Notes: generated from the letters alone by a model not told the origin. A stretch of 64,000 nucleotides of DNA from Bacteroidota bacterium (GCA_049587715.1 JBAVEL010000186.1:16567-80566), one strand, 5' to 3'. Shown: positions 1 through 9,893, counted from the stretch's first letter. Translations and numbers: made by a program.

Positions 1-1064
1 CCGGGGCGAAGGCGCCGGAAAAGGTCCATCGTGAGGAGCGTGGACGTGGAGTTGAAGGTGGCGCTGAGCGACGACATCAATGCGGCCAGAAGCCCCGCCA
101 CCACCAGCCCCCGGAGGCCGGGCGGGAGCAGCGTGGTCACCATCCAGGCGTAGGCGCCGTCTCCGCTCACCTTCCCCCCGGAGAGATGGAGCGCGATGAT
201 TCCCGGCAGGATTAGAAGGAACACGGGGAGGATCTTGAGGAAACCCGCCAGGATGGTGCCCGCACGGGCATGATCCAGGTTCCGGGCGCTCAGGACCCTC
301 TGGACGATGTATTGATCGGTGCACCAGTACCAGATGCCCAGGATCGGCGCCCCGAACACGATGCCGGTCCAGGGGAAGTCCGGATCCGTCACCGGCTTGA
401 ACATGCTCCAGAACTCCCGGGGGGTGCCGGCGACAAGGGCGTCCCACCCGCCCGCCCGATCCAGGCCGATGAGGGTGAGCACCACCGATCCGCCGAGGAG
501 AACGAATGTCTGGAGAAGGTCCGCGTAGATGACGGCGGCAAGCCCCCCCATGACCGTATAGAGACCGGTGACGAGGACGATCAGCACGGCCGAGGTTGTC
601 ATATCCCAGCCCACCACGGCCTGGAGCAGGATTCCCCCCGCATACAGTGAGATGGACGTCTTCGTGAAGACGTAGGCAACCACGGACACGCTGCTGAGAT
701 ACCACCGGGAGGTGCTGTTGTAGCGCCGCTCCAGGAACTCGGGCATGGTGAAGACACCCGAGCGCAGGTAGAACGGCGTGAACACCCAGCCCAGGAGGAG
801 GACGATCAGGCAGGCGAGCCACTCGAAATGGCCCACGGCGAGACCCGACCGGGAGCCCGTCCCCGCCAGACCCAGGAAATGCTCGCTGGAGATGTTGGTG
901 GCGAACAGGGATGCGCCGATGGCGACCCACCCCACATGGCGGCCTGCCAGGAAGTAGTCGGTGCTTGTCTTGCCGCGGCGGGAGAAATACGCCCCGATGG
1001 CAAGGACCGCCCCGAAATACAGGACGAGGATCACGAGATCCACCGTCCCGAGCGAACCGGTCAT
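1..1064 (-). CDS. Sodium:solute symporter (SSS family, SGLT-like), N-terminal ~354 codons; gene continues past window start
   Basis: Reverse translation from ATG at 1064 reads MTGSLGTVDLVILVLYFGAVLAIGAYFSRRGKTSTDYFLAGRHVGWVAIGASLFATNISSEHFLGLAGTG... Further in it reads LLPPGLRGLVVAGLLAALMSSLSATFNS. Both are typical SSS-family TM segments. Absent from the ORF track because it runs off the window edge. Confidence 0.75.
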   Translation of the reverse strand, partial: MTGSLGTVDLVILVLYFGAVLAIGAYFSRRGKTSTDYFLAGRHVGWVAIGASLFATNISSEHFLGLAGTGSRSGLAVGHFEWLACLIVLLLGWVFTPFYLRSGVFTMPEFLERRYNSTSRWYLSSVSVVAYVFTKTSISLYAGGILLQAVVGWDMTTSAVLIVLVTGLYTVMGGLAAVIYADLLQTFVLLGGSVVLTLIGLDRAGGWDALVAGTPREFWSMFKPVTDPDFPWTGIVFGAPILGIWYWCTDQYIVQRVLSARNLDHARAGTILAGFLKILPVFLLILPGIIALHLSGGKVSGDGAYAWMVTTLLPPGLRGLVVAGLLAALMSSLSATFNSTSTLLTMDLFRRLRP

Positions 1065-1088
1065 ACGCGCCTTCCCCGGAGGTGTGCC

Positions 1089-2192
1089 TCAGAGCGAGGC
1101 ATCGGTGGCGGAGTCGAAGAAGTGCAACCGGGAGGCATCGAAGAGGAGTTCGAAGGGTTTGCCCACTTCCGGCGGCGCGTCCGTCGCCAGCCGGGCCACG
1201 AATCTGGCTTCCGGGCCGGCGGCAAAATAGACGAAGACCTCGTTGCCCACCGGTTCCACGACCTCGATGGAGGTCCCGAAGGGGATGACATCCCCGGTCC
1301 CGTGGGGTCTCCGGGCATAGATGTGCTCGGGCCGGATGCCCAGCGTGACCTTCTTCCCGGCGTGCGGCCGGAGGGCTGCCTCCCGGGAGGAGGGCAAGGG
1401 GACGGCGAATTCCGCACCCTCCTGGCGGAATGTCAGCCGTTCACGGACCTCGAGAGTCCCCGGCATGAAGTTCATCGTCGGGCTGCCGATGAAACCAGCC
1501 ACGAACCGGTTTCGCGGGCTGTGATAGATGTTGAGCGGCGTGTCCACCTGCTGGACCACTCCGTCCTTCATGACCACGATCCGGTCCCCCATGGACATCG
1601 CCTCGATCTGGTCGTGGGTCACGTAGATCATGGTGGTCTGGAGCTGGAGGTGGAGCCGGGAGATCTCCGTCCGCATCTGGACCCGGAGATTGGCATCCAG
1701 GTTGCTGAGCGGCTCATCAAAGAGGAATACCTTGGGCTGGCGGACGATGGCCCGACCGAGCGCCACCCTCTGCCGCTGTCCGCCCGAGAGGGCCTTGGGC
1801 TTCCTGTCCAGGAGCCCGTCGATGCCCAGGATCCGACCGGCGTGCCCCACGCGGCGCGCGATCTCCTCCTTGCCCATCTTCCGGAGCTTCAGTCCGAATG
1901 CCAGGTTCTCGGCGACGGACATATGAGGATAGAGGGCGTAGTTCTGGAACACCATGGCAATGTCCCTGTCCTTGGGCGGGATCTGGTTGACCACCGCACC
2001 TCCGATGCTGATGGTGCCCCGGCTGATCTCCTCGAGCCCGGCGATCATCCGGAGGGCGGTGGACTTGCCGCAGCCGGAGGGCCCGACAAGAACCACAAAC
2101 TCCCTGTCGTCCACCGTCACGCTCATATCCCGGACGGCTGTCACCTTGCCGTCGAAGATTTTCCAGACGTTTTCCAGTCGGACTTCTGCCAT
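1089..2192 (-). CDS. Sugar ABC transporter ATP-binding protein (MalK/MsmK/UgpC type)
   Basis: Track ORF 1089..2765(-) trimmed to the internal Met MAEVRLENVWKIFDGKVTAV. Walker A is GPSGCGKST, ABC signature LSGGQRQR, Walker B VFLFDEPLSNLD. A C-terminal MalK-type regulatory domain is present. The upstream 190 codons are low-complexity and treated as a spurious extension. Confidence 0.9.
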   Translation of the reverse strand: MAEVRLENVWKIFDGKVTAVRDMSVTVDDREFVVLVGPSGCGKSTALRMIAGLEEISRGTISIGGAVVNQIPPKDRDIAMVFQNYALYPHMSVAENLAFGLKLRKMGKEEIARRVGHAGRILGIDGLLDRKPKALSGGQRQRVALGRAIVRQPKVFLFDEPLSNLDANLRVQMRTEISRLHLQLQTTMIYVTHDQIEAMSMGDRIVVMKDGVVQQVDTPLNIYHSPRNRFVAGFIGSPTMNFMPGTLEVRERLTFRQEGAEFAVPLPSSREAALRPHAGKKVTLGIRPEHIYARRPHGTGDVIPFGTSIEVVEPVGNEVFVYFAAGPEARFVARLATDAPPEVGKPFELLFDASRLHFFDSATDASL

Positions 2193-2341
2193 GATTCCGG
2201 GGTTCCTCGGGGGGAGGGATGAGGGAACGTTGCGGGTCAATATACCCAGTAGGAGCCGAAAACACAAACGGCGGGGGCTCTCCCGCCGTTTCCGGGGGTC
2301 GACCCGAACGCCCGAGGGGAGGGGGATGGGGAGAAAAGGGC

Positions 2342-2369
2342 TTGACAAACCATCCGGATATGATATATT
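2342..2369 (+). promoter_or_regulatory. Sigma70-like promoter TTGACA-N16/17-TATATT for the lacI-family/GH13 operon
   Basis: cttgacaaaccatccggatatgatatatt lies 50 bp upstream of the LacI-family start at 2418. Confidence 0.55.
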
Positions 2370-2370
2370 T

Positions 2371-2386
2371 GTGGAAGCGCTTCCAC
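2371..2386. promoter_or_regulatory. Perfect 16-bp palindrome GTGGAAGCGCTTCCAC, candidate LacI-family operator
   Basis: Perfect inverted repeat immediately after the -10 element. It sits between the divergent malK-like and lacI-family genes. Confidence 0.6.
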
Positions 2387-2417
2387 GGAAATCGGCTTTC
2401 GGGCTTCTGCACTCCGC

Positions 2418-3491
2418 ATGGCTGTCACCATCTACGATCTGGCGCGGGAAGCCGGTGTCGGCATCGGCACGGTTTCCCGCTGCATGAACAACCATCCCAG
2501 CGTCGCCCCCGGAACCAGACAGCGCGTTCTCAGCATCGCGAAGCGGCTCTCCTATGTTCCGCACGCGCACGCACAGCGCCTCGCCTCCAAGAAGACAAAC
2601 ACGATCGCCATGATCATCCCCTACTTCACGAACTACTTCTTCGTGAAGATCCTGGAGGGGGTGCAGGATCGTGCGTCCGAGTCGGGATTTGATCTCATCC
2701 TGTACGGTGTCAACAACCCGCTCCAGGCGGATGAGTACCTGCGGAAGTCTCTCCGGCGGGGTCACGTGGACGGGGTGCTCTTCTTCTCCATGCGCTTCCC
2801 GGAGGCCTATGTCTCAAAGTTCATCGAGATCCGGCTCCCTCTCGTGCTGGTGGACGCCTTCCATCCCCGGTTCGACTCGATCAGCGTGGAGAACCGGCAG
2901 GGGGCGGTGCTGGCCGTCCGGCACCTCATCCGTCTGGGCCACAGGTCCATCGCGATGATCAATGCCAGTCCCGACGCAGCCCCCGCCCGGGAGCGGATGG
3001 AGGGATACCGCCTGGCGCTGGAAGAGGCCGGGATTCCGTTTTACCCCTCCAGGGTGGTGGTGCCGGAGCGGGGCCGGCAGGACGGATTCCACAGGGACAC
3101 GGGGCGCGCCGGCATGCTGCGGATCCTGGACTCCATGCGGAGGCGGGATCGCGTGACGGCGGTTCTTGTGGCGAGCGATGTGCAGGCCCTCGGAGCGATG
3201 GAGGCCGCCCGGGAGGGGGGAGTGCGGATCCCGGAGGATCTTGCCATGGTCGGGTTCGACGACATCGACCTGGCGGCACAGGCCCGTCTCACCACGATGC
3301 GCCAGCCGATGTACGAAATGGGGATGCTGGCTCTGGAGCGGCTGATGGGCCGTCTCCGGGAGCCCGACGCGCCGCCCAGAGCTGATTCCTTCGTCCCCGA
3401 GCTGGTGGTGCGGCACACTTGCGGCGCGCAGGACGGGGCCGAGGCCCCGTCCCGGCCCGCCCGGAACCTCTCACTCGGGAAGTCTGCATGA
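2418..3491 (+). CDS. LacI-family transcriptional regulator
   Basis: N-terminal HTH IYDLAREAGVGIGTVSRCMNN, followed by a periplasmic-binding-protein-like sugar-binding core. Confidence 0.9.
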   Translation: MAVTIYDLAREAGVGIGTVSRCMNNHPSVAPGTRQRVLSIAKRLSYVPHAHAQRLASKKTNTIAMIIPYFTNYFFVKILEGVQDRASESGFDLILYGVNNPLQADEYLRKSLRRGHVDGVLFFSMRFPEAYVSKFIEIRLPLVLVDAFHPRFDSISVENRQGAVLAVRHLIRLGHRSIAMINASPDAAPARERMEGYRLALEEAGIPFYPSRVVVPERGRQDGFHRDTGRAGMLRILDSMRRRDRVTAVLVASDVQALGAMEAAREGGVRIPEDLAMVGFDDIDLAAQARLTTMRQPMYEMGMLALERLMGRLREPDAPPRADSFVPELVVRHTCGAQDGAEAPSRPARNLSLGKSA

Positions 3492-5380
3492 TCATTGTGC
3501 TACGAATTTGTCCGTCGAAGCTCTACCTCCGGCCGGCGCTTCTTGCAGCGGCCGCCGGCTTCGCCCTTCTCCCCATCCACCCGGCTCGCGCGGAAGGGGA
3601 GGGCCGGGACCCCTCCTCGGTCCCTTCCTGGGCGGCGGAGGCGGTCTGGTATCAGATCTTCCCCGAGAGATTCCGGAACGGCGACCCGGGGAACGATCCT
3701 TCCCCCGCCGACATGGAGGGGTCCTGGCCGCACGAAACGCCTGGACTGTGGCGTGTCTCCGACTGGAAGGGGGACTGGTACGCCCTCCAGGAATGGGAGA
3801 GGGACCCGGGGAAGGGGTTCTTCCACACTGTGCAGCAACGCCGGTACGGGGGAGACCTGCAGGGGGTCCTGGACAAGCTGGACTACCTGGCCGAGCTGGG
3901 CATCACCGCGATCTACTTCAATCCCCTCTTCGAATCCCCGTCGCTGCACAAGTACGACGCGGCGATGTACCATCACATCGACAACAACTTCGGGCCGGAT
4001 CCGGCCGGAGACCGCCTGATCTGGGCCGCCGAGAACCCGGCGGACCCGGCCACGTGGCGCTGGACCTCGGCGGACAGCCTCTTCCTGCGGCTCATTGCGG
4101 AGGCGCACCGGCGGGGGATCAGGATCATCATCGACGGCGTGTTCAACCACGCGGGGATCACCTTCTGGGCGTTCCGGGATGTCCGCCGGCGCGGCGCGGC
4201 GTCGCCGTATGCCGACTGGTTCCGCATCAGGCAGTGGGACGATCCGGCAACCCCCGGGGACGAGTTCGACTACGAGGGCTGGTACGGCGTACGGGAGCTT
4301 CCCGAGTTCCGGGAGGATGACGGAGGCATCGTCCCCGGACCCAGGGAACACATCCGCCATGTGGTGCGCAGGTGGATGGATCCGAACGGAGACGGAGATC
4401 CCTCCGACGGGGTGGACGGGTGGCGCCTGGATGTGGCGGAGATGGTGGCCGTCCCCTTCTGGAGAGAGTTCCGGACCTGGGTGCGGTCACTGAATCCCGA
4501 GGCCTACCTCGTGGGCGAAGTCTGGTGGGAGGACTGGAACGCGGAAAAGATGTTCAACGCCGAGCCGTGGCTCCGGGGCGACGTATTCGACGCCGTCATG
4601 AACTACCGCTGGGCGAGGGAGGCCGGGAGGTTCTTCAAGGCCGACCGGCATCGCATCGGCGCCCCGGAATTCGACGCCCGTCTTGCGCGGCTCCGCGCGG
4701 ACTACCGCCCCGAAGTGAACGGGGTCCTCCTGAACCTGCTGGACAGCCACGATACCGACCGGCTTGCTTCCCAGATTGTGAATCGGGACGCCCTGTACGA
4801 CAAGGGGACGGGTGTGAGCGACAACCGCGCGTATGCGGTGCGGAAACCCGACGCCCGGGAGCGGAGCATCCAGAAGCTGATGGTGCTGCACCAGATGACC
4901 TACGTGGGCGCGCCGTGCGTGTACTATGGAGACGAGGCGGGCATGTGGGGGGCCGACGACCCCGACTGCCGGAAGCCGATGCTCTGGGCGGATGCGGCCT
5001 ACACCCCCGAGGTCTCCCATCCGTTCGGCCTGGAGCGGCCTGCCGACGACAACACCTTTGATGCGGATCTGTTCGCATACTACGCGGAAGCGATCCGGCT
5101 CCGGAAGTCCTTCCCCGCCCTCCGCCTGGGAAGCGTGGAAACGGTGCTGGCCGACGGCCGGAGCAACCTGCTGGTGTACCTGCGCGTCCTTCCCTCCCAG
5201 CGGGTGCTGACGGCGCTCAACCCCGGGGACGGGGCGGCGGCCTGCATCCTGACGGAGAAGGCCCTGGGGGGCGGGCGCCTGATCCGGGTCTTCGGAGAGG
5301 GGAGCGCGGAGCCCGCTCCGGGCGGCGTGTCGGTGACCATCCCCGGGAGATCCGGGTCGGTGTTCAGGGTGGCCCCGTGA
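3488..5380 (+). CDS. Secreted GH13 alpha-amylase-family glycoside hydrolase (cyclomaltodextrinase/neopullulanase-like)
   Basis: Start MIIVLRICPSK... overlaps the LacI stop (ATGA). Signal-peptide-like N-terminus. GH13 conserved regions: IIIDGVFNHAG, GWRLDVAEMV, EVWW, LLDSHDTDR. Track ORF 3419 start rejected because it is read in LacI's own frame. Confidence 0.85.
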   Translation: MIIVLRICPSKLYLRPALLAAAAGFALLPIHPARAEGEGRDPSSVPSWAAEAVWYQIFPERFRNGDPGNDPSPADMEGSWPHETPGLWRVSDWKGDWYALQEWERDPGKGFFHTVQQRRYGGDLQGVLDKLDYLAELGITAIYFNPLFESPSLHKYDAAMYHHIDNNFGPDPAGDRLIWAAENPADPATWRWTSADSLFLRLIAEAHRRGIRIIIDGVFNHAGITFWAFRDVRRRGAASPYADWFRIRQWDDPATPGDEFDYEGWYGVRELPEFREDDGGIVPGPREHIRHVVRRWMDPNGDGDPSDGVDGWRLDVAEMVAVPFWREFRTWVRSLNPEAYLVGEVWWEDWNAEKMFNAEPWLRGDVFDAVMNYRWAREAGRFFKADRHRIGAPEFDARLARLRADYRPEVNGVLLNLLDSHDTDRLASQIVNRDALYDKGTGVSDNRAYAVRKPDARERSIQKLMVLHQMTYVGAPCVYYGDEAGMWGADDPDCRKPMLWADAAYTPEVSHPFGLERPADDNTFDADLFAYYAEAIRLRKSFPALRLGSVETVLADGRSNLLVYLRVLPSQRVLTALNPGDGAAACILTEKALGGGRLIRVFGEGSAEPAPGGVSVTIPGRSGSVFRVAP

Positions 5381-7053
5381 CCAGGGCAGGGCTCGTCTGC
5401 GCCGGAGGGATGCTCCTCCTGTGCGCGGCCTGTGGAAGGGAGGAGGAGGGGGTGCTGGCCCGCGCGGGTGATGTCATCGTCCGGGTGGACGAATTCCGCG
5501 AGCGCTATGCGGCCTACCTGGCAATGGGTTCCGTGCGGGACAATATCGCGGCGCGGCGGGACGTTCTCAACAACATGCTGAACGAAGGGCTCATCCATGC
5601 CGACATGCGGCGCCAGGGGCTGGACCGCGACGCCGAGGCGCGTGACCGCATCGACGCGATCCGCGCTCAGGCTCTCCTGGACGGCTACGCGCGCCGCATC
5701 TCCACCGATACCCTCACGGTCCCGGAAGAGGAGCTGAAGGAGGAATTCCGGCGGACAAACACGCGGGTCCGGGCCCGCTACGTGTACGGGCCCACCCGGG
5801 AGGATGCCCTGCGTCTCAGGAGGCGTCTGGAGTCGGGGGAGAGCTTCGAGGCGCTGGCCCGCGAGGTCTTCGAAGACCCGGGACTCGCCTCCAACGGAGG
5901 ATCCCTCGGGTCTTTCACGGCGGGGGAGATGGAGCCCGCCCTGGAAGAGGCGGCGTTTGCCCTCCCCCCGGGAGCCCTCTCCGGGCCCGTGAAGCTCTCC
6001 ATGGGATTTGCCATCATACGGGTGGACGACCGGAGGCAGGTTCCCCTCGCTTCGGAATACGACTACGCCCGGAAGAAGGAACAGCTTGCCCGGACCGTTG
6101 TCGAGAGGAAGACCCTGGAGTATCTCGGCAGGGAGCTGGAGGGGATTCGCGGGCGCCTTGCCCCCCGCTTCCGGAAGGAAACCGCGGCGGAGCTGCTCGG
6201 GTCCTGGAACGCCCTGTTTCCGGAGGAGGGGGCGGCCGTGGAGCAGTCCGGATCCGCCGCCTCCCCCGACTTCCGTGCCCGCGAGCTTGTCCGGTGGCAG
6301 GAGGGTGCATGGAGCGTGGAGGAATTCATCCGGAGGGCCCGTGCATCGACGGACCGCCAGCGGCGCCGGGTGAAGACCGAAGCGGACCTGGAGGAATTCG
6401 TCACCGGGCTGGCGGCCCGGGAGGTGCTTGCCGTGCGCGCGCGGGCCTCATCCCTGGAGGAGGACCCCGCCGTGCGGGCCCAGGTGGAGAAGCACACCGG
6501 AATCTACATGCTCAAGCGCTGGCGGAGCCGGGTGGAAGAGGCCGCCGTGCGGGGAGGGTGGCCCGAGGATTCCCTGCGGGATGAGTTCCGCCGCAACGGA
6601 AGCCGGTACATGGTACCCCCCGAGGTGAACGTGGCGGAGATCCTGGTACGGACCCGGAAGGAGGCGGAGGATCTGGCTCGGCGGGTCCGCCGGGGCGAGG
6701 ATTTCGGAGCCCTCGCCCGCAGGTACTCCATACGGCCCTCTTCGGCGCGGGCATCAGGGGAACTGGGCTTCGGAACCCGGACGACCTTCGGGATTCTGGG
6801 GGACCGGTTTTTTTCCGCCCGCAGGGGGGCGATCATCGGGCCGGAGTTCGTGGACCCGTACTACGGGGTCTTCACAATTCTGGAACGGAGGGAAGGAAGG
6901 CCCATGACCTTCGAGGAGGCCCGTGGGGCCCTCCTCCGGGACCGGACGGCCTCGGCCAGAAGCGTCGCGTTCCGCGCGGCGGTGGATGGGCTCCGGTCGC
7001 GGGCCGAGGTGGTGATGGATATGGACATGCTTGCCAATCTCGTCGTCGAGTAA
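5377..7053 (+). CDS. SurA/PrsA-like peptidyl-prolyl cis-trans isomerase (two parvulin domains), lipoprotein
   Basis: Lipobox LLLCAACG. Two PpiC-type rotamase domains (GGSLGSFTAGEMEPALEEAAF... and SGELGFGTRTTFGI...). GTG start overlaps the upstream stop; ATG at 5407 is an alternative start. Confidence 0.75.
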   Translation: MTRAGLVCAGGMLLLCAACGREEEGVLARAGDVIVRVDEFRERYAAYLAMGSVRDNIAARRDVLNNMLNEGLIHADMRRQGLDRDAEARDRIDAIRAQALLDGYARRISTDTLTVPEEELKEEFRRTNTRVRARYVYGPTREDALRLRRRLESGESFEALAREVFEDPGLASNGGSLGSFTAGEMEPALEEAAFALPPGALSGPVKLSMGFAIIRVDDRRQVPLASEYDYARKKEQLARTVVERKTLEYLGRELEGIRGRLAPRFRKETAAELLGSWNALFPEEGAAVEQSGSAASPDFRARELVRWQEGAWSVEEFIRRARASTDRQRRRVKTEADLEEFVTGLAAREVLAVRARASSLEEDPAVRAQVEKHTGIYMLKRWRSRVEEAAVRGGWPEDSLRDEFRRNGSRYMVPPEVNVAEILVRTRKEAEDLARRVRRGEDFGALARRYSIRPSSARASGELGFGTRTTFGILGDRFFSARRGAIIGPEFVDPYYGVFTILERREGRPMTFEEARGALLRDRTASARSVAFRAAVDGLRSRAEVVMDMDMLANLVVE

Positions 7054-7072
7054 TCTACCAAAGGAACAACTC

Positions 7073-9877
7073 ATGAACGAACCACGCCGTCATGCCGTCC
7101 TCCTCGGATTGCTGTTGTGCCTGGGAGGAGTCGCCGTTGCCGGAACCACGGGGAAGATCACCGGGACGGTCCGAGACGCCCAGACGGGCGAGCCGATCGT
7201 GGGGGCCAGCATCGTCATCGAGGGAACCCGGACCGGGGCCGCCACGGATGTCGATGGGTACTATGTCATCCTGAACGTTCCGCCCGGCCGCCATACCCTG
7301 GCGGGTTCGGCGGTGGGCTACACCCGCAAGACCATGAGGGACGTGTCCGTTTCGGTGGATCTCACAACGCGGGCGGACTTCTCCCTCTCGCAGGAGGCGG
7401 TGCAGGCGGAGGAGATCGTGGTGACGGCGGAGCGCCGGGTCATCAAGAAGGACCTCACCTCCTCGGAGTCGAGGGTGACGGCCCAGCAAATCGAGAGCCT
7501 CCCCGTCTCGGAAGTGGCGGAGGTGCTGTCGCTCCAGGCCGGGATTACGACGGACAAGGGGGGCGGGATCCACATCCGGGGGGGGCGTACCAGCGAGGTG
7601 GCATACTGGGTGGACGGGGTGTCGGTCTCCGACGTATATGACGGCACGCAGGCCGTGCAGGTGGACAACAACTCCGTGCAGGAGCTGCAGGTCATCAGCG
7701 GCACCTTCAACGCCGAGTACGGCCAGGCCATGTCGGGCATCGTCAACATCGTGACGAAGGACGGGGACCAGGAGTTCCGGGGGAGTCTCTCCTCCTATGC
7801 GGGGGACTATCTCACCGCCGATGACGGCATCTTCTTCAACAGCGACGACATCCGTCCCTTCGCCAGCCGGAACGTGGAAGGGAGCATCAGCGGTCCGGTG
7901 CCGGGGATCCAGGGCCTGACATTCTACGTTTCGGGCCGCTATTTCGAGACCGACGGCTGGCTGTACGGCAACAGGGTGTACAACGCCGACGGCACGCTCG
8001 CATCGGCGGCGGATACAAACCGCGACGATTCCGGGAATCAGCTCTCCCTGGTTCCGGGATCGCATCCCGTCCCCATGAACAACCGCACCCGCCTGTCCGG
8101 GCAGGCCAAGCTGACCTACCAGTTCTCGGGGGACATGAAGCTCGCCCTGAGCGGGCTTGCGAGCGATGTGGAGTTCCGGGACTACAATCACGACTACAAG
8201 TACATGCCGGATGCGGATGTGCGGAAGTTCGACCGGGGATACAGCGTGTCGGCCCTCTGGACACATTCCCTTTCCCCCACATCGCTCTACACCGTCAACA
8301 CGTCCTACTTCATGAAGCAGTTTGACGAGTATCTGTACGAGAACCCCCTGGACCCCCGGTACATTGTCACTCCCGACCCGGTCCTCCGGCAGAGGAACCT
8401 GAGGGAATTCCTGAAGTTCGGGACGAACAACCACCAGTTCGTCCGGCGGACGGAGTCGCGCGTCGCCAAGCTGGACTATACCGACCAGGTCAGCCGGCTG
8501 CACCAGATCAAGGCGGGGGTGGAGGGGAAGCTGCACCGGCTGTATCTGGAGGATTACAACGTCCGCAACGCCCCCAACACCACGACCGTCGTGGTGATTC
8601 CGGAGTGGTACGGCCCCCAATACCAGGAGTACACGGAGCGGCCGGTTGAGTTCTCGGCGTACCTCCAGGACAAGCTGGAGTACGAGAGCATGATCGTGAA
8701 TGTGGGGCTCCGGTTCGACTACTTTGACTCGCGCGGGAGGGTCCCCCTGGATCCCCAGGATCCCAACGCCTTCAATCCCGCCAAGGACGAGAACCGTGTG
8801 GATCTGAACGGGGACGGCATCAAGTCGGATCTGGAGCAGGTGGAACCCGGAGTGCTCTCGGCCCGGCTGGCACGGTGGTACCGCAGCGCCACGGCCAAGT
8901 ACAGTGTGAGCCCCCGCCTCGGCATCTCCTACCCCATTACCGACAGGGGGGTCCTGCACTTTTCCTACGGGCACTTCCTGCAGATTCCCTCTTTCATACA
9001 CCTCTACCAGAACCCCGGCTTCAAGGTGCAGCCCACGCTGGCAGGCGTGCAGGGGGTCTACGGGAACGCCGACCTGGAAGCGCAGAAGACGGTCCAGTAT
9101 GAGCTGGGACTCCAGCAGCAGCTGACCGAGGACTTGAGCTTCGACCTGACCGGGTTCTACCGCGACACGCGGGAGTGGGTGACCACCAGCACCGCCATCC
9201 CCGTCCGGGACCCGGCCACGGCCATCTCCAGCTACACGACCTACGAAAACAAGGACTACGCCAACGCCCGGGGCATCACGCTCTCGTTGAACAAACGTCC
9301 CAGCAATCTCTGGTCCCTCTCCCTCTCGTATACATACCAGACCGCCGAGGGCATCAACTCCAATCCGGACGACGCCCAGGCGGCCCTGGTGAACAACTCA
9401 CAGCCGGCGCAGCAGCTCATCCCCCTGGACTGGGACCAGACACACACCGCCAACCTGACCGTGGGAGTGGGGGAACAGGACTGGGGGGTCTTCCTGCTTG
9501 CCCGTTACGGCTCGGGTCTTCCCTATTCCCCCGTGCTGAACCAGGCGGAGGGAAGTGGCCAGGATGCGAACCGCGCCGCCCTGCGGAACAGCCGCAGACG
9601 GCCCCCCTCCTACACTGTGGACATGCGTCTGTTCAAGAACTTCAGGGTGGAACCCCTGGATGTGAGCGTCTTCCTGAAGGTCTTCAACCTCTTTGACCGC
9701 AGGAACGAGAACGACATCTACGGCGAGACCGGACGGGCCACCGCCACGCCCGCCGCCCTGGGACTCCCCGCTTCGCCCGGCACCGACAGGGTGAACACGG
9801 TGGTGGAGTTCCTGAACCAGCCGCAGTTCTATTCCGAGCCGCGGGAAGTGCAGATCGGACTGGAAATCAACTTCTGA
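7073..9877 (+). CDS. TonB-dependent receptor (carboxypeptidase-regulatory-like domain + plug + beta-barrel)
   Basis: Start MNEPRRHAVLLGLLLCLGGVAVAG (signal peptide). CarboxypepD_reg-like GKITGTVRDAQTGEPIVGASIV..DVDGYYV. Plug motifs IVVTAERR, ESLPVSEVAEVLSLQAGI. Ends in an aromatic residue (..LEINF) typical of OM barrels. Track TTG start at 7031 trimmed. Confidence 0.8.
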   Translation: MNEPRRHAVLLGLLLCLGGVAVAGTTGKITGTVRDAQTGEPIVGASIVIEGTRTGAATDVDGYYVILNVPPGRHTLAGSAVGYTRKTMRDVSVSVDLTTRADFSLSQEAVQAEEIVVTAERRVIKKDLTSSESRVTAQQIESLPVSEVAEVLSLQAGITTDKGGGIHIRGGRTSEVAYWVDGVSVSDVYDGTQAVQVDNNSVQELQVISGTFNAEYGQAMSGIVNIVTKDGDQEFRGSLSSYAGDYLTADDGIFFNSDDIRPFASRNVEGSISGPVPGIQGLTFYVSGRYFETDGWLYGNRVYNADGTLASAADTNRDDSGNQLSLVPGSHPVPMNNRTRLSGQAKLTYQFSGDMKLALSGLASDVEFRDYNHDYKYMPDADVRKFDRGYSVSALWTHSLSPTSLYTVNTSYFMKQFDEYLYENPLDPRYIVTPDPVLRQRNLREFLKFGTNNHQFVRRTESRVAKLDYTDQVSRLHQIKAGVEGKLHRLYLEDYNVRNAPNTTTVVVIPEWYGPQYQEYTERPVEFSAYLQDKLEYESMIVNVGLRFDYFDSRGRVPLDPQDPNAFNPAKDENRVDLNGDGIKSDLEQVEPGVLSARLARWYRSATAKYSVSPRLGISYPITDRGVLHFSYGHFLQIPSFIHLYQNPGFKVQPTLAGVQGVYGNADLEAQKTVQYELGLQQQLTEDLSFDLTGFYRDTREWVTTSTAIPVRDPATAISSYTTYENKDYANARGITLSLNKRPSNLWSLSLSYTYQTAEGINSNPDDAQAALVNNSQPAQQLIPLDWDQTHTANLTVGVGEQDWGVFLLARYGSGLPYSPVLNQAEGSGQDANRAALRNSRRRPPSYTVDMRLFKNFRVEPLDVSVFLKVFNLFDRRNENDIYGETGRATATPAALGLPASPGTDRVNTVVEFLNQPQFYSEPREVQIGLEINF

Positions 9878-9893
9878 CTCAAGGAGAACGTTC

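Noticed and set aside
828-2222. Long plus-strand ORF (464 aa) opposite the malK-like gene
   Set aside because: Low-complexity Arg/Gly/Pro-rich translation with no motifs. It is antisense to a well-supported ABC ATPase gene and is a typical high-GC antisense open frame.
1089-2765. N-terminal extensions of track ORFs 1089..2765, 3419, 13433, 14643, 16738..19176, 18762..21272, 20644, 26182, 34514..36166, 40722, 46465, 54432, 56635
   Set aside because: The extra N-terminal segments overlap the preceding gene and are low-complexity. Internal starts with signal peptides, RBSs or 4-nt start/stop coupling give proteins that begin at expected family N-termini.
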